Assembly: GCA_963707025.1 (NCBI GenBank)
Contig: CAVPOM010000015.1
Location: forward strand, 192,001-256,000
Direction: 5' to 3'
Length of the DNA stretch: 64,000 bases
Origin: an uncultured Verrucomicrobiae bacterium
GTDB lineage: Bacteria; Verrucomicrobiota; Verrucomicrobiia; Limisphaerales; Palsa-1400
The notes under the pieces were generated by a model. That model was not told the origin of the DNA. It saw only the letters and a list, made by a program, of their open reading frames with translations, and searched no databases. The translations under genes were made by a program, and so were the position numbers. Position 1 is the first letter of the stretch, and each line of letters starts with the position of its first letter. Below are positions 33,207 through 42,596 of this stretch, piece after piece.

Positions 33207-33626
33207 TCAGGGCCAGACCACATTTGCCGCCAATCCCTGGAAGTGGCGCGTGTTGCGTGTGATAAGTTGGTTGGACTTCGCCTTATTCGATACCAGGGCG
33301 TGCCAATAGTCATAAACCCGCGCTCCTTGGACGCCATGGCGCTGGGCCTTGTCCAGGCCGTTCAACGCTTCATCTTTGGTCAACTCCTCAAAATCAAGCT
33401 TGTCCGCGAATTCTCTCAACCAGGTCGCGCATTCATTTTGAGTGAACACCATCCGGTCGGTATTTCCGGCTTCGTCGGTAATCTCGACGCCGCGTCCCGT
33501 CATGGTGGCAAAGAATTCAGCCAGAAGATGCAAGCGGGCCACATGCTCTCCCTTGTCCAGCCGCCGAAAGACTTCAGGCGAGAGGGCGGCGTTGATGGCC
33601 GCCGATGTGTCCCAATAGGTCCTCAT
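33207..33626 (-). CDS. vapC: PIN-domain toxin (VapC-like)
   Basis: YWDTSA, LAEFF, VYDYWH and LITRNTRHF acidic PIN motifs; ATGA overlap with the upstream antitoxin. Confidence 0.85.
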   Translation of the reverse strand: MRTYWDTSAAINAALSPEVFRRLDKGEHVARLHLLAEFFATMTGRGVEITDEAGNTDRMVFTQNECATWLREFADKLDFEELTKDEALNGLDKAQRHGVQGARVYDYWHALVSNKAKSNQLITRNTRHFQGLAANVVWP

Positions 33627-33880
33627 GAACGGCTATCCTGCTCCTCGGTCACCGCCTTGCCGATAGCTTCCGGGTCGAGCCTGTACCCGGTGGGAACCTG
33701 GAAAAACAGCCCTCCTCCCCGTTTGACCAGTTTGGCAACCACCCGCCTCGGTCCCGGTTTCGGGATCACTGGAACCAGTTTTATCGTCCCGTCCAAGTTC
33801 GGTTCGTATGCGAAAACCTGTCCCGCCTTCGCTTTTGGGAGTCGAACCCGCTGCCGGTCATCCACAGTCAGTGTCTTCAT
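33623..33880 (-). CDS. AbrB/SpoVT-like antitoxin
   Basis: MKTLTVDDRQRVRLPK swapped-hairpin N-terminus; translationally coupled to the PIN gene. Confidence 0.7.
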   Translation of the reverse strand: MKTLTVDDRQRVRLPKAKAGQVFAYEPNLDGTIKLVPVIPKPGPRRVVAKLVKRGGGLFFQVPTGYRLDPEAIGKAVTEEQDSRS

Positions 33881-33953
33881 GTTATGGGGAAATTCCCACA
33901 AGACATGGCTTGATTCAAGTTTTTTGTGTACGAAGAAGGAGGGCCAGTGAAGT

Positions 33954-34032
33954 CGGTAGGGCGAGACTCCGTCGAGGCGAAACTCGATTTACTGGGGAAA
34001 AGTCACGGCTCGAACGGAGTCTCGCCCTACCG
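33954..34032. repeat. GTAG-type REP doublet (REPIN-like)
   Basis: CGGTAGGGCGAGACTCCGT and ACGGAGTCTCGCCCTACCG form inverted arms. Confidence 0.75.
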
Positions 34033-34076
34033 TGATATGAAGCAGAGGAAACAGAGTTCTTCTTTCTCCGTTCTCT

Positions 34077-34133
34077 GTTCTGCACCATGCCCAAGTCCAC
34101 CAGCCAGATTTCACCGCGCCGGGCGGAGGGCAT
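34077..34133 (-). pseudogene. mazF: 5' remnant of a MazF/PemK toxin
   Basis: MPSARRGEIWLVDLGMVQ matches the PemK N-terminus, then similarity is lost. TAATG coupling to the upstream gene. Confidence 0.65.
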
Positions 34134-34288
34134 TAAGAGCCTGCCTCCTCCTCTTTATCGTAAAGAGAGAAGATTTCGGCGGAAGCATTGACCATTTGCT
34201 GATACTCATCCAGCCAGGCCGCCAGTTCGTTCACCTCAGCAGGCGAAAGCCGCTCAATAGCCGATTCAATCTCTGCGATGGCCGTCAT
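34133..34288 (-). CDS. Small putative antitoxin (51 aa)
   Basis: Hand translation MTAIAEIESAIERLSPAEVNELAAWLDEYQQMVNASAEIFSLYDKEEEAGS; acidic tail; coupled to the mazF remnant. Confidence 0.7.
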   Translation of the reverse strand: MTAIAEIESAIERLSPAEVNELAAWLDEYQQMVNASAEIFSLYDKEEEAGS

Positions 34289-34396
34289 CGTGGAACGATA
34301 CATCATCCCCCATGGGGGAGCAAGCCGGGAACCGCCAGGGGCCGGGACGGTTTTCAGAGTTGATTTTTTGGGGGAAACAAGACGAAACTATGGCCG

Positions 34397-34594
34397 ATGA
34401 GTGCCGCCGAAACGACAGCGGAAGTTTTTGTGACCGCCTTCAAATCGTTGAACCGCCGCCAGCGCGAAGCGGTTCTGGAACGAATGCTGGCGGACGCGGA
34501 GCTTTCGGAAGATCTGGCTGACACGGTGGCCTTGGAAGCGCGGCGGCAGGAGCGGCGTCATTCCTTCCGTCAAACTTTGAGGGAACTGAGATGA
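34397..34594 (+). CDS. Small putative antitoxin (65 aa), toxin partner missing
   Basis: AEVFVTAFKSL..QREAVLERML...EDLADTVALEARRQE; resembles RelE-partner antitoxins. Confidence 0.6.
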   Translation: MSAAETTAEVFVTAFKSLNRRQREAVLERMLADAELSEDLADTVALEARRQERRHSFRQTLRELR

Positions 34595-34596
34595 TA

Positions 34597-34688
34597 TACC
34601 GTTTCCAGTTTGTAACTGCACTATTGCCAAGGCGATTTGCGGCGGTCGCAGACCGCCGCTACAGTGCAAAAGCAAACCGGAAAAGGTA
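34597..34688. mobile_element. Putative MITE containing a GTAG-REP hairpin
   Basis: 26-bp imperfect TIRs (20/26), TACCGTTTCCAGTTTGTAACTGCACT / AGTGCAAAAGCAAACCGGAAAAGGTA, around GCGGCGGTCGCAGACCGCCGCTAC. Confidence 0.55.
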
Positions 34689-34747
34689 ATAGTCATTGAA
34701 CTGAGCATGCCGGATGAAGTTTACGAGAAGCTGGAAAACCTGGCGTC

Positions 34748-36240
34748 TGAGGTGGACCCCATCCTTTAGACCACGGAGCGCATGAAATAAGCGCGACTTT
34801 TGCCGATTGCTGTCATTACTAATTGTAGTTGACTACTGTTCATTCCGTGTTTCAAAACCCTTTCGAAAGAGAGAACGAGCGATGCGGAGCACTGCCCGTC
34901 CTCCCTCTCCGTTTTCTTAGGGTTCTCAACTCTACCGCCGCAGGCGGTCTGATTTCAAGCCTTTTCCTGCCGCCTGCCTCTCTGTCAAGTGCTGCGATCG
35001 CTCCTGCCTCTGGCAGGTTGCATCGCTTCCCATTTGGCCGGTTGGGCTCCATGCGTGCCGGGATCAAAATACGCGTCCGCCGGCGTCGCATAGCCCAACG
35101 CCTGGTGCGGTCGTTCCCGGTTGTAGCCGTCAAACCACCGGCCCAGTCCGCGCCCTGCCGCCAACCCGTCGCCATAGTCTTGCAAATAAATGTCCTCATA
35201 CTTGGCGCTCCGCCACAGCCGCTCGATAAACCGGTTGTCCATCCAGCGACCCCGTCCGTCCATGCTCACGTCCACCCCCGCCGATTCCACCGCATCGATA
35301 AACATCGGGGAGGTGAACTGCGATCCCTGGTCGGTATTGGAAATCAACGGCGCCTGACGCCCCGCCCGCAACGCCGCCTCCCAAGCGTCCACACAAAAGT
35401 CCGCCTCCAACGTGTTGCTCAAGCGCCATCCCAGCACGTAACGACTCCACCAATCCATCACCGCCACCAAATACATAAACCCAGTTGCCATAGGCACATA
35501 CGTAATGTCCGAACACCAAACCTGATCCGGTCCCGTCACTGCCAAATTGCGTAACAGATACGGATAAATCTGGTGCCCCATCTCCCGCAGACTCGTCTTG
35601 GGCTTGGCGTAAATCGCCTCGATCCCCATCAACCGCAGCAGCCGCACCACCCGTTTGCGATTGATGGTCAAACCCTCCCGGCGCAACAGCACGGTCAGTT
35701 TGCGGCTGCCATAAACCGGGTGGTCCAAATGCATCTGGTCCAACCGCCGCATCAGCGCCAGGTTCTCCTCTGTCTCCGGACAGCACTGGTAATAATAACT
35801 GCCACGGCACACCGCCAGCAGCTCGCACTGGCGCCGCACGCTGAGCTGCGGATCGGGAGCGATTAAACATGTTAAAGCCCCAGTTGCCTGGACTTTTTTT
35901 TAAGCCAGTCCAAGTCCACCGTCAGTTGGCCAATCTTCTCATGCAGTTGGGCAATCAACTGTTCCTGATCCTCCGTGCGGGGTTGCCCGGGCTCAAACAA
36001 TTCGGGCATGTGATCCCGAATCGTCGCCCGCCACTGCGTGACCTGCGCCGGATGCACCGCATACTCTCGCGCCAATTGCGCGACCGTCTTCAGCCCCACC
36101 AGGGCTTCGAATCCCACTTTGGCCTTGAAGGCCGCACTGTGTCTTTTCCGTTTTGCTTTCATAAGTCTGCTCTTTCTTATCTACAGCAAACCGGCAAAAA
36201 TCGAAACTTACCTGTGGTCTAAAAATAGGGGTCCAGCTCA
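34748..36240 (-). mobile_element. IS3-family insertion sequence, copy 1 (1493 bp, no TSD)
   Basis: TG...CA ends; TIRs TGAGGTGGACCCCATCCTTTAGACCAC / GTGGTCTAAAAATAGGGGTCCAGCTCA. Confidence 0.95.
34985..36162 (-). CDS. IS3 transposase OrfA (35872..36162) / OrfB, -1 programmed frameshift
   Basis: A_AAA_AAG slippery site at the end of OrfA; WCSDITY, NTDQGSQF and DNRFIERLW DDE motifs. Confidence 0.93.
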
Positions 36241-36242
36241 CT

Positions 36243-36602
36243 GGAAAATTACGAGGCGCACTGGTCAAGGTTGGAAGATGGAAGTTCAGATTCAAATTTG
36301 GCCCGGTCGAATTCGCGAAAGAAAACGACATCTCCGTTCAGGAAAGTGAGAAATGCTTGCCCCAGGTCCGGGCAGACGCGCAGAAACGTATGGATATGAC
36401 GTTGAGGCGTGCGCGCGAAACCATATTTGAATGGCACGAACAAACAAATGATCAAACCGGCAAAACTCGATTTGTGCGCAGGCTGCGTTTCAGGACTTTT
36501 CTCCCAATTGTTGAGCCTGTCGAGTGGAGTAGGATTTACAAGCGGGTCGAGCTTTGCCCCATGGAGCAAGAATCAAGGCCTAACTCTCCAACCGCAGGCT
36601 AA
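36243..36602 (+). pseudogene. 5'-truncated hypothetical gene abutting IS3 copy 1
   Basis: Frame is open from the IS end for about 120 codons (GKLRGALVKVGRW...NSPTAG*). Confidence 0.4.
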
Positions 36603-36606
36603 GTTA

Positions 36607-37425
36607 CTAATGGGTGACGGTTTTGATGGATTGCCGTTCAAATTTGCAGTTGAAGTGATGCGAAATAATCGCACACCATCGGCCCTTGTGGAACTTCCAA
36701 CTTTTGTCTTTGTCAAGAACCTGGATGAAAATGTCCCCCACAAGTGTCAACGAAAGGGCGTGAAAATACACGGCCAGAACAATGTCCAGCGTTCGGAAAA
36801 CGTCTCGGTTTAGTCAATGCAAGTCTTCAGTCGCCTCAAAACCACTAAAGCGTCCCGCCTCGGCCTGTCGTAACCTTTCCTCAAGCTGATGTGCCGAAGG
36901 ATGAACGAACTCACATAACAAAGAATAAAGCTGCGAAACATCGTTGATGAAATCCAATCTCTGAGCATCATCAAATGCCTCGAACTGTGTGTTCGCCAAG
37001 AGCTCGATTTTCGGTTGGCGACCCAGTGACCGCAGAAAAGCCAGCCTCTCCTCCAACGGCTTGTCGAACTGCTGAATATCTACGTAATAGTGGGTGCAAA
37101 CGGTCTCAAGAACGTATCTCAACTCTCGTCTCGTGACGTTCAAAAAACCCTCTGGGACGAGTGCCGCGTACGAGAGAGCCGACTGAAAGATGTCCTCTGC
37201 ATCGGTGAAAAGAAGGCTCTTCCGGCAAAGATAAGGAGACGGTGACGAGTAAAAGGTGACAGCCGTAAACGCCTCGAGGAAGCTATCCCGAGTCCGCTGA
37301 AGAAACTTCAGCTCGTCCTGGAACTCTTTGGAATTCCTCAGTTCAACATCTGCTTCAGGGGGTCGCCCTGATTGTTGAGAGGATCCGGCTTTGAAACCGG
37401 CGGGGTTGTCGGAGGGCAATCCCAT
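36607..37425 (-). pseudogene. Degenerate HEPN-like / DUF5677-like protein with an internal TGA
   Basis: RRELRYVLE and YSLLCEFVHPS motifs. The frame continues 68 sense codons past TGA 36814-36816 to TAG 36607. Confidence 0.5.
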
Positions 37426-37438
37426 AAAAAAGGCGAAG

Positions 37439-37624
37439 TTATTTCAGGCCGTAGCGTCTTTTGACTTCACTGTGGGTGAGGCGCGGTTTGCCTTCGTCGC
37501 GCAGGCGGGCTTCGGTCAAATCCAGATAATCGTTCAGGTCCTCCAGTTCCTCGCGCAGCGTGGCAATTTGCTCGCGCTTCCGGGAAATGGAGCGGACAAC
37601 GGTTTGTTGCGCGGTTTTAGTCAT
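37439..37624 (-). CDS. Antitoxin downstream of relE (61 aa)
   Basis: LREELEDLNDYLDL...LTHSEVKRRYGLK; start overlaps the relE stop. Confidence 0.75.
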   Translation of the reverse strand: MTKTAQQTVVRSISRKREQIATLREELEDLNDYLDLTEARLRDEGKPRLTHSEVKRRYGLK

Positions 37625-37721
37625 AAACATCTTTCCGATTGCCGATTCTGCGGATCACAATAACACCATCCGCCAGATCAAACAAGATTCGATAATCGCC
37701 CATGCGGAGGCGATACATGGC

Positions 37722-39215
37722 TGAGGTGGACCCCATCCTTTAGACCACGGAGCGCATGAAATAAGCGCGACTTTTGCCGATTGCTGTCATTACTAATTGT
37801 AGTTGACTACTGTTCATTCCGTGTTTCAAAACCCTTTCGAAAAGAGAGAACGAGCGATGCGGAGCACTGCCCGTCCTCCCTCTCCGTTTTCTTAGGGTTC
37901 TCAACTCTACCGCCGCAGGCGGTCTGATTTCAAGCCTTTTCCTGCCGCCTGCCTCTCTGTCAAGTGCTGCGATCGCTCCTGCCTCTGGCAGGTTGCATCG
38001 CTTCCCATTTGGCCGGTTGGGCTCCATGCGTGCCGGGATCAAAATACGCGTCCGCCGGCGTCGCATAGCCCAACGCCTGGTGCGGTCGTTCCCGGTTGTA
38101 GCCGTCAAACCACCGGCCCAGTCCGCGCCCTGCCGCCAACCCGTCGCCATAGTCTTGCAAATAAATGTCCTCATACTTGGCGCTCCGCCACAGCCGCTCG
38201 ATAAACCGGTTGTCCATCCAGCGACCCCGTCCGTCCATGCTCACGTCCACCCCCGCCGATTCCACCGCATCGATAAACATCGGGGAGGTGAACTGCGATC
38301 CCTGGTCGGTATTGGAAATCAACGGCGCCTGACGCCCCGCCCGCAACGCCGCCTCCCAAGCGTCCACACAAAAGTCCGCCTCCAACGTGTTGCTCAAGCG
38401 CCATCCCAGCACGTAACGACTCCACCAATCCATCACCGCCACCAAATACATAAACCCAGTTGCCATAGGCACATACGTAATGTCCGAACACCAAACCTGA
38501 TCCGGTCCCGTCACTGCCAAATTGCGTAACAGATACGGATAAATCTGGTGCCCCATCTCCCGCAGACTCGTCTTGGGCTTGGCGTAAATCGCCTCGATCC
38601 CCATCAACCGCAGCAGCCGCACCACCCGTTTGCGATTGATGGTCAAACCCTCCCGGCGCAACAGCACGGTCAGTTTGCGGCTGCCATAAACCGGGTGGTC
38701 CAAATGCATCTGGTCCAACCGCCGCATCAGCGCCAGGTTCTCCTCTGTCTCCGGACAGCACTGGTAATAATAACTGCCACGGCACACCGCCAGCAGCTCG
38801 CACTGGCGCCGCACGCTGAGCTGCGGATCGGGAGCGATTAAACATGTTAAAGCCCCAGTTGCCTGGACTTTTTTTTAAGCCAGTCCAAGTCCACCGTCAG
38901 TTGGCCAATCTTCTCATGCAGTTGGGCAATCAACTGTTCCTGATCCTCCGTGCGGGGTTGCCCGGGCTCAAACAATTCGGGCATGTGATCCCGAATCGTC
39001 GCCCGCCACTGCGTGACCTGCGCCGGATGCACCGCATACTCTCGCGCCAATTGCGCGACCGTCTTCAGCCCCACCAGGGCTTCGAATCCCACTTTGGCCT
39101 TGAAGGCCGCACTGTGTCTTTTCCGTTTTGCTTTCATAAGTCTGCTCTTTCTTATCTACAGCAAACCGGCAAAAATCGAAACTTACCTGTGGTCTAAAAA
39201 TAGGGGTCCAGCTCA
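37722..39215 (-). mobile_element. IS3-family insertion sequence, copy 2 (1494 bp)
   Basis: Same TIRs as copy 1; 3-bp TSD GGC at 37719-37721 and 39216-39218. Confidence 0.95.
37960..39137 (-). CDS. IS3 transposase OrfA (38847..39137) / OrfB
   Basis: Proteins identical to copy 1. Confidence 0.93.
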
Positions 39216-39417
39216 GGCCTCGGCTTCGTGCAGACGTTTGATGTTGCCGTGCAATCCGTGTTCCAAGCGTTGGATCTTTCGGAGAATTTGCGCGCGCTCG
39301 CGTGCGGGCAATCCATCGAGGTCATCCAAAGCCGAAGCACCGTATTCAATTTGGCAAGGATGACCGTTCATGGTGGTTCATTACAATTTCGTCAACTGCG
39401 TGCGTGAAAAGTGGTGA

Positions 39418-41706
39418 CTACCTCCCGCCCGCCGCCAGGTACTGTTCGAAAAAGCCGTAGCGCAGGGTGTCGCGGTGGGTGAAGTCCCGCGGGGTCAGGC
39501 CGTGGCGGCGGTTGGGATACTCCATGAAGCTGAATTGTTTGTCCAACCCGATCAGTTTGTTGATCAGGCGCTGGGTGCCCTGGAAATGGACGTTGTTGTC
39601 CCCGGTGCCGTGGAGGATGAGGAGCTTGCCCGTCAGTTGGCCGGCATAGGTGATGGGGGAGGCGGCTTTGAAACCGGCGGCGTTGTCCGCGGGCAGACCC
39701 ATGTAACGTTCCTCGTAAATGCTGTCGTAGAGGGACCTGTCCGGCACGGGCGCGCCGGCCACGCCGACTTTGTAGAGTTCCGGCGAACGGAAAATGAGGT
39801 TCAAGGTCATGGAGCCGCCGCCGCTCCAGCCATAGACGCCAACCCGGTCCAGGTCCACATAAGAATGCAGCGCGGCCAGCGAGCGGACGGCCGCGGCCTG
39901 TTGTTTGGAGGAGAGCACGCCGACCGAGCCGTAAATGGCCTTGCGCCAGGCGCGGCCCTTGGGCGCGGGCGTGCCCGCGTTGTCGAAGCTGGCGATGAGG
40001 TAGCCGTCGTCGGCCAGCGCCGCCAGGAGCAGCCGGTCGTTGCCGCCCCAGCTATCGTTGACCGTGGTCGCGGCCGGCTCGCCATAGACATAGACGATGA
40101 GCGGGTATTTTTTCCCGGGGTCAAACTGGGACGGGCGGATGAGCCAGCCGTCCAATTTCGCGCCGTCGCCGCCGTCCACCTGGAAAAATTCGGTGCGGCC
40201 GGCGAGGATGGGGGCGACCTTCGCCTTGAGGGCGGCGTTGTCCTGCAACACGCGCACGGTGCTGTGCTCCGGCAGGCGGATCAGCTCGGAAATGCCCGGC
40301 TCGTCAAACTTGGAATAGTTGTGGAAGGCCCAATGGCCGTCGGGCGAAATGGTGTAGGCGTGAGTGCCGGGCTGGCTGGCGGGCGTCAGCCTTTCGGGCC
40401 GGCCCGTGCCGTCCAGGCGGGAGCGCCACAGATAGCGTTGCGTGGCGTTGTCGGGCGAGGCGGTGTAATAGAGCCAGTGGTTGGTTTCATCCACCAGCGC
40501 CAGGGCGACGAGATCAAACGGCCCGGTGGTGATGAGCTGCGCCGCGCCGTCGCGTCCGACCGCGTAGGCGTGGCGCCAGCCGTCGCGCTCGCTGAGAAAA
40601 AGCAGCTTTTGGCCGTGGTCCAGCCAGATGAAACTGTCGTTGTAATCAACCCAGGCGTCGTCGCGGTCCTGGAACATGAGGCGGACCCGGCCGGTTTTGG
40701 CGCTGGCCAGAAAGAGGTTGTTGGTATTCTGCAGGCGGTTGAGGTGCTGGAGAATCACCTCGTCGGAATTGCCGGCCCAGTCCATGCGGGCGATGTAGGT
40801 GTTGCGCGGATCGCCGGGGGTTTTGATCCAGCGCGTCGCGCCGCCCTTGGCGCTGACGATGCCCACGCGCACGGCGGCGTTGGTCTGGCCGGTTTTGGGA
40901 TAGGGATACCGGGTGATGACGGGATAGAGGGAGTCGGTGTAATTGATGAGGGCGAACTCAGGCACTTTGCTCTGGTCAAATTGGAAATAGGCGATCTTGC
41001 TCCCATCCGGACTCCAGGCAAAGCAGGAGGCCAGGTCCAGTTCCTCCTCATCCACCCAGTCGGAGGTGCCGTTGATGATCATGGGCGAGCCGTCGCGGGT
41101 CAGGGGCGTGATCCTGCCGCTGTGGACATCCTCCACATAAATATTGTTGCCGCGCACGTATGCGGCGCGCGCGCCGTCGGGGGAAAGTTTGGCATAGAGC
41201 AGGCCGTTGGTGGATTCTCCGCCGAGCTTGTGCCAGGAGTTGTCCTTTTTATCCAGCACCCAATTCTCGTAGGCGGTCTTGCGGATCATGGTGGGATGCG
41301 GTTTGGTGGCGAAGAGAAGGTACCGGCCATCGGCGGAGGCGGCGCGCTCGTTCAAGGACAGCGGGCTGCCCAGTCCGGGGGGCGTCAGTTGCTCCGCCGT
41401 CATGGACAGGAGGATTTTGCGCTCGCCTGTGGCGGTGTCGTAACGGACGAGGTCGCTGCCGCCGTTGGTCCCGCGCTCGACGGCGGTGTAGCCCGCCCCG
41501 CCGTCCACCCATTCGCCGCCGCCGGCACCGCGCCCGGCGGCCCGGCGTCCGCCGCCGGCGCCGCGCGGGCCGCCGCTGAATTCCCCGGAGTTGAGGCGGC
41601 GCATCCAGGCCTGCACGTTGGTGGAAAGCTGGGCCGAAGCCGGCAGGAGCCCGGCGAGCAGGAGCAGCGCCGTCAGGGCGGTGCGGGGGGAGGTTTGATT
41701 TCGCAT
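39418..41706 (-). CDS. S9B dipeptidyl peptidase IV-like peptidase
   Basis: Signal peptide; NGTSDWVDEEE, YPKTGQTN, GWSGGG nucleophile, HGTGDNNVH and RRHGL motifs. Confidence 0.93.
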   Translation of the reverse strand: MRNQTSPRTALTALLLLAGLLPASAQLSTNVQAWMRRLNSGEFSGGPRGAGGGRRAAGRGAGGGEWVDGGAGYTAVERGTNGGSDLVRYDTATGERKILLSMTAEQLTPPGLGSPLSLNERAASADGRYLLFATKPHPTMIRKTAYENWVLDKKDNSWHKLGGESTNGLLYAKLSPDGARAAYVRGNNIYVEDVHSGRITPLTRDGSPMIINGTSDWVDEEELDLASCFAWSPDGSKIAYFQFDQSKVPEFALINYTDSLYPVITRYPYPKTGQTNAAVRVGIVSAKGGATRWIKTPGDPRNTYIARMDWAGNSDEVILQHLNRLQNTNNLFLASAKTGRVRLMFQDRDDAWVDYNDSFIWLDHGQKLLFLSERDGWRHAYAVGRDGAAQLITTGPFDLVALALVDETNHWLYYTASPDNATQRYLWRSRLDGTGRPERLTPASQPGTHAYTISPDGHWAFHNYSKFDEPGISELIRLPEHSTVRVLQDNAALKAKVAPILAGRTEFFQVDGGDGAKLDGWLIRPSQFDPGKKYPLIVYVYGEPAATTVNDSWGGNDRLLLAALADDGYLIASFDNAGTPAPKGRAWRKAIYGSVGVLSSKQQAAAVRSLAALHSYVDLDRVGVYGWSGGGSMTLNLIFRSPELYKVGVAGAPVPDRSLYDSIYEERYMGLPADNAAGFKAASPITYAGQLTGKLLILHGTGDNNVHFQGTQRLINKLIGLDKQFSFMEYPNRRHGLTPRDFTHRDTLRYGFFEQYLAAGGR

Positions 41707-41867
41707 GGGTAGAAGCAATAAAGGAAAAATGCCAATTGCAAAATGATAAAATTCGGCCCGGCCCGCCCAAACCCCATCGTTCCTGTTTGGCAGTGTCCCA
41801 ACTTTCGGTCGTGTACTACCAGATTGTTGATGAATTTGCAAATTGTGGGCAAGATTCAGAAAAACCC

Positions 41868-42236
41868 ATGAAATTTAAAATTGAATTGGATGACGACTCC
41901 GCCCGCCTGCTTCTGGCGGCAGAGCCACCGCCCGGCGTCACGATCAAGGGTCCGCCACCCATCAACCCCGACGCCATAATAACAACGCGGCTGGGCGTGC
42001 CCCAGGAAACAATCCACGCGCTGACCATTTTAGCGGTAAAGGTTGGAACGGGCGTCACGATTTCTTTAGTTTCGGGGTGGCTTCTCAAGGTGCTGAAGAA
42101 TCAACCAGCCGATCAACCAGCCCACAATAAACGCAAGATAGTTCTGAAGACAAAGGATTGGGTACTCACGGTAGAGGATGAGATTGGAAAGGCAAACCCC
42201 CATTATCCCAGCGCCAAAACAAAGCGTAAAAAGTAA
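41868..42236 (+). CDS. Passenger ORF1, hypothetical with a hydrophobic helical hairpin
   Basis: ATG 41868; LTILAVKVGTGVTISLVSGWLLKVLK followed by RKIVLKT. Confidence 0.55.
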   Translation: MKFKIELDDDSARLLLAAEPPPGVTIKGPPPINPDAIITTRLGVPQETIHALTILAVKVGTGVTISLVSGWLLKVLKNQPADQPAHNKRKIVLKTKDWVLTVEDEIGKANPHYPSAKTKRKK

Positions 42237-42262
42237 GGATTTGTTCATTCTTGAAGAATGGC

Positions 42263-42345
42263 GGGGGCGGACAGCCCAAAATCCATCCAGTGGTATAGCT
42301 GGTGATAGGACGCCGCTTGTTTACGGCTGGGATGTCCACGCCCCC
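42263..42345. ncRNA. Predicted three-way-junction structured RNA
   Basis: Outer stem GGGGGCG-GACA-CCCA / TGGG-TGTC-CGCCCCC encloses hairpins CCAG-TGGTATAG-CTGG and GCCG-CTTGTTTA-CGGC. Confidence 0.4.
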
Positions 42346-42363
42346 TTAAAGATTTAAGGCGGA

Positions 42364-42516
42364 TTACTTCCGCACGCGCCATCGGATGGAAATCTGCACT
42401 TTCTGCTGCGGCGCGTTTTTTTCGACCTCGGCGGGGGTTTCCGAAAGAATCTGCTCAATTTGAGCGTGGGTGAGGCGCGGCCCCTGCGGGCGGCGGATTC
42501 GGGGCTTGGTTTTCAT
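42364..42516 (-). CDS. Passenger ORF2, 50-aa basic hypothetical protein
   Basis: MKTKPRIRRPQGPRLTHAQIEQIL...ISIRWRVRK. Confidence 0.4.
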   Translation of the reverse strand: MKTKPRIRRPQGPRLTHAQIEQILSETPAEVEKNAPQQKVQISIRWRVRK

Positions 42517-42596
42517 GTTCAATATCTTAGTGCGGGCTTCGATTGTCAGTGGGTTCATTTTTAAGATTGCCCTGATCGGGCAGCAAGAATAGCCTT

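Larger units (their letters stand above)
37617..39371 (-). pseudogene. relE: RelE/ParE toxin split by IS3 copy 2
   Basis: Removing the IS and one GGC restores 85 aa: MNGHPCQIEYGASALDDLDGL...NIKRLHEAEA|MYRLRMGDYRILF...IGNRKDVYD. Confidence 0.88.

Noticed and set aside
36814..36816. Selenocysteine or recoded TGA
   Set aside because: No redox motif context or evident SECIS, and TGA is used as a stop throughout the window.
34748..39215. Composite transposon formed by the two IS3 copies
   Set aside because: Outer flanks (GTC / GGC) do not match, and copy 2 has its own TSD inside relE, so the insertions are independent.
37385..39705. DGR template/variable repeat pair
   Set aside because: Only about 40 bp, mismatches are not adenine-specific, and no reverse transcriptase is present.
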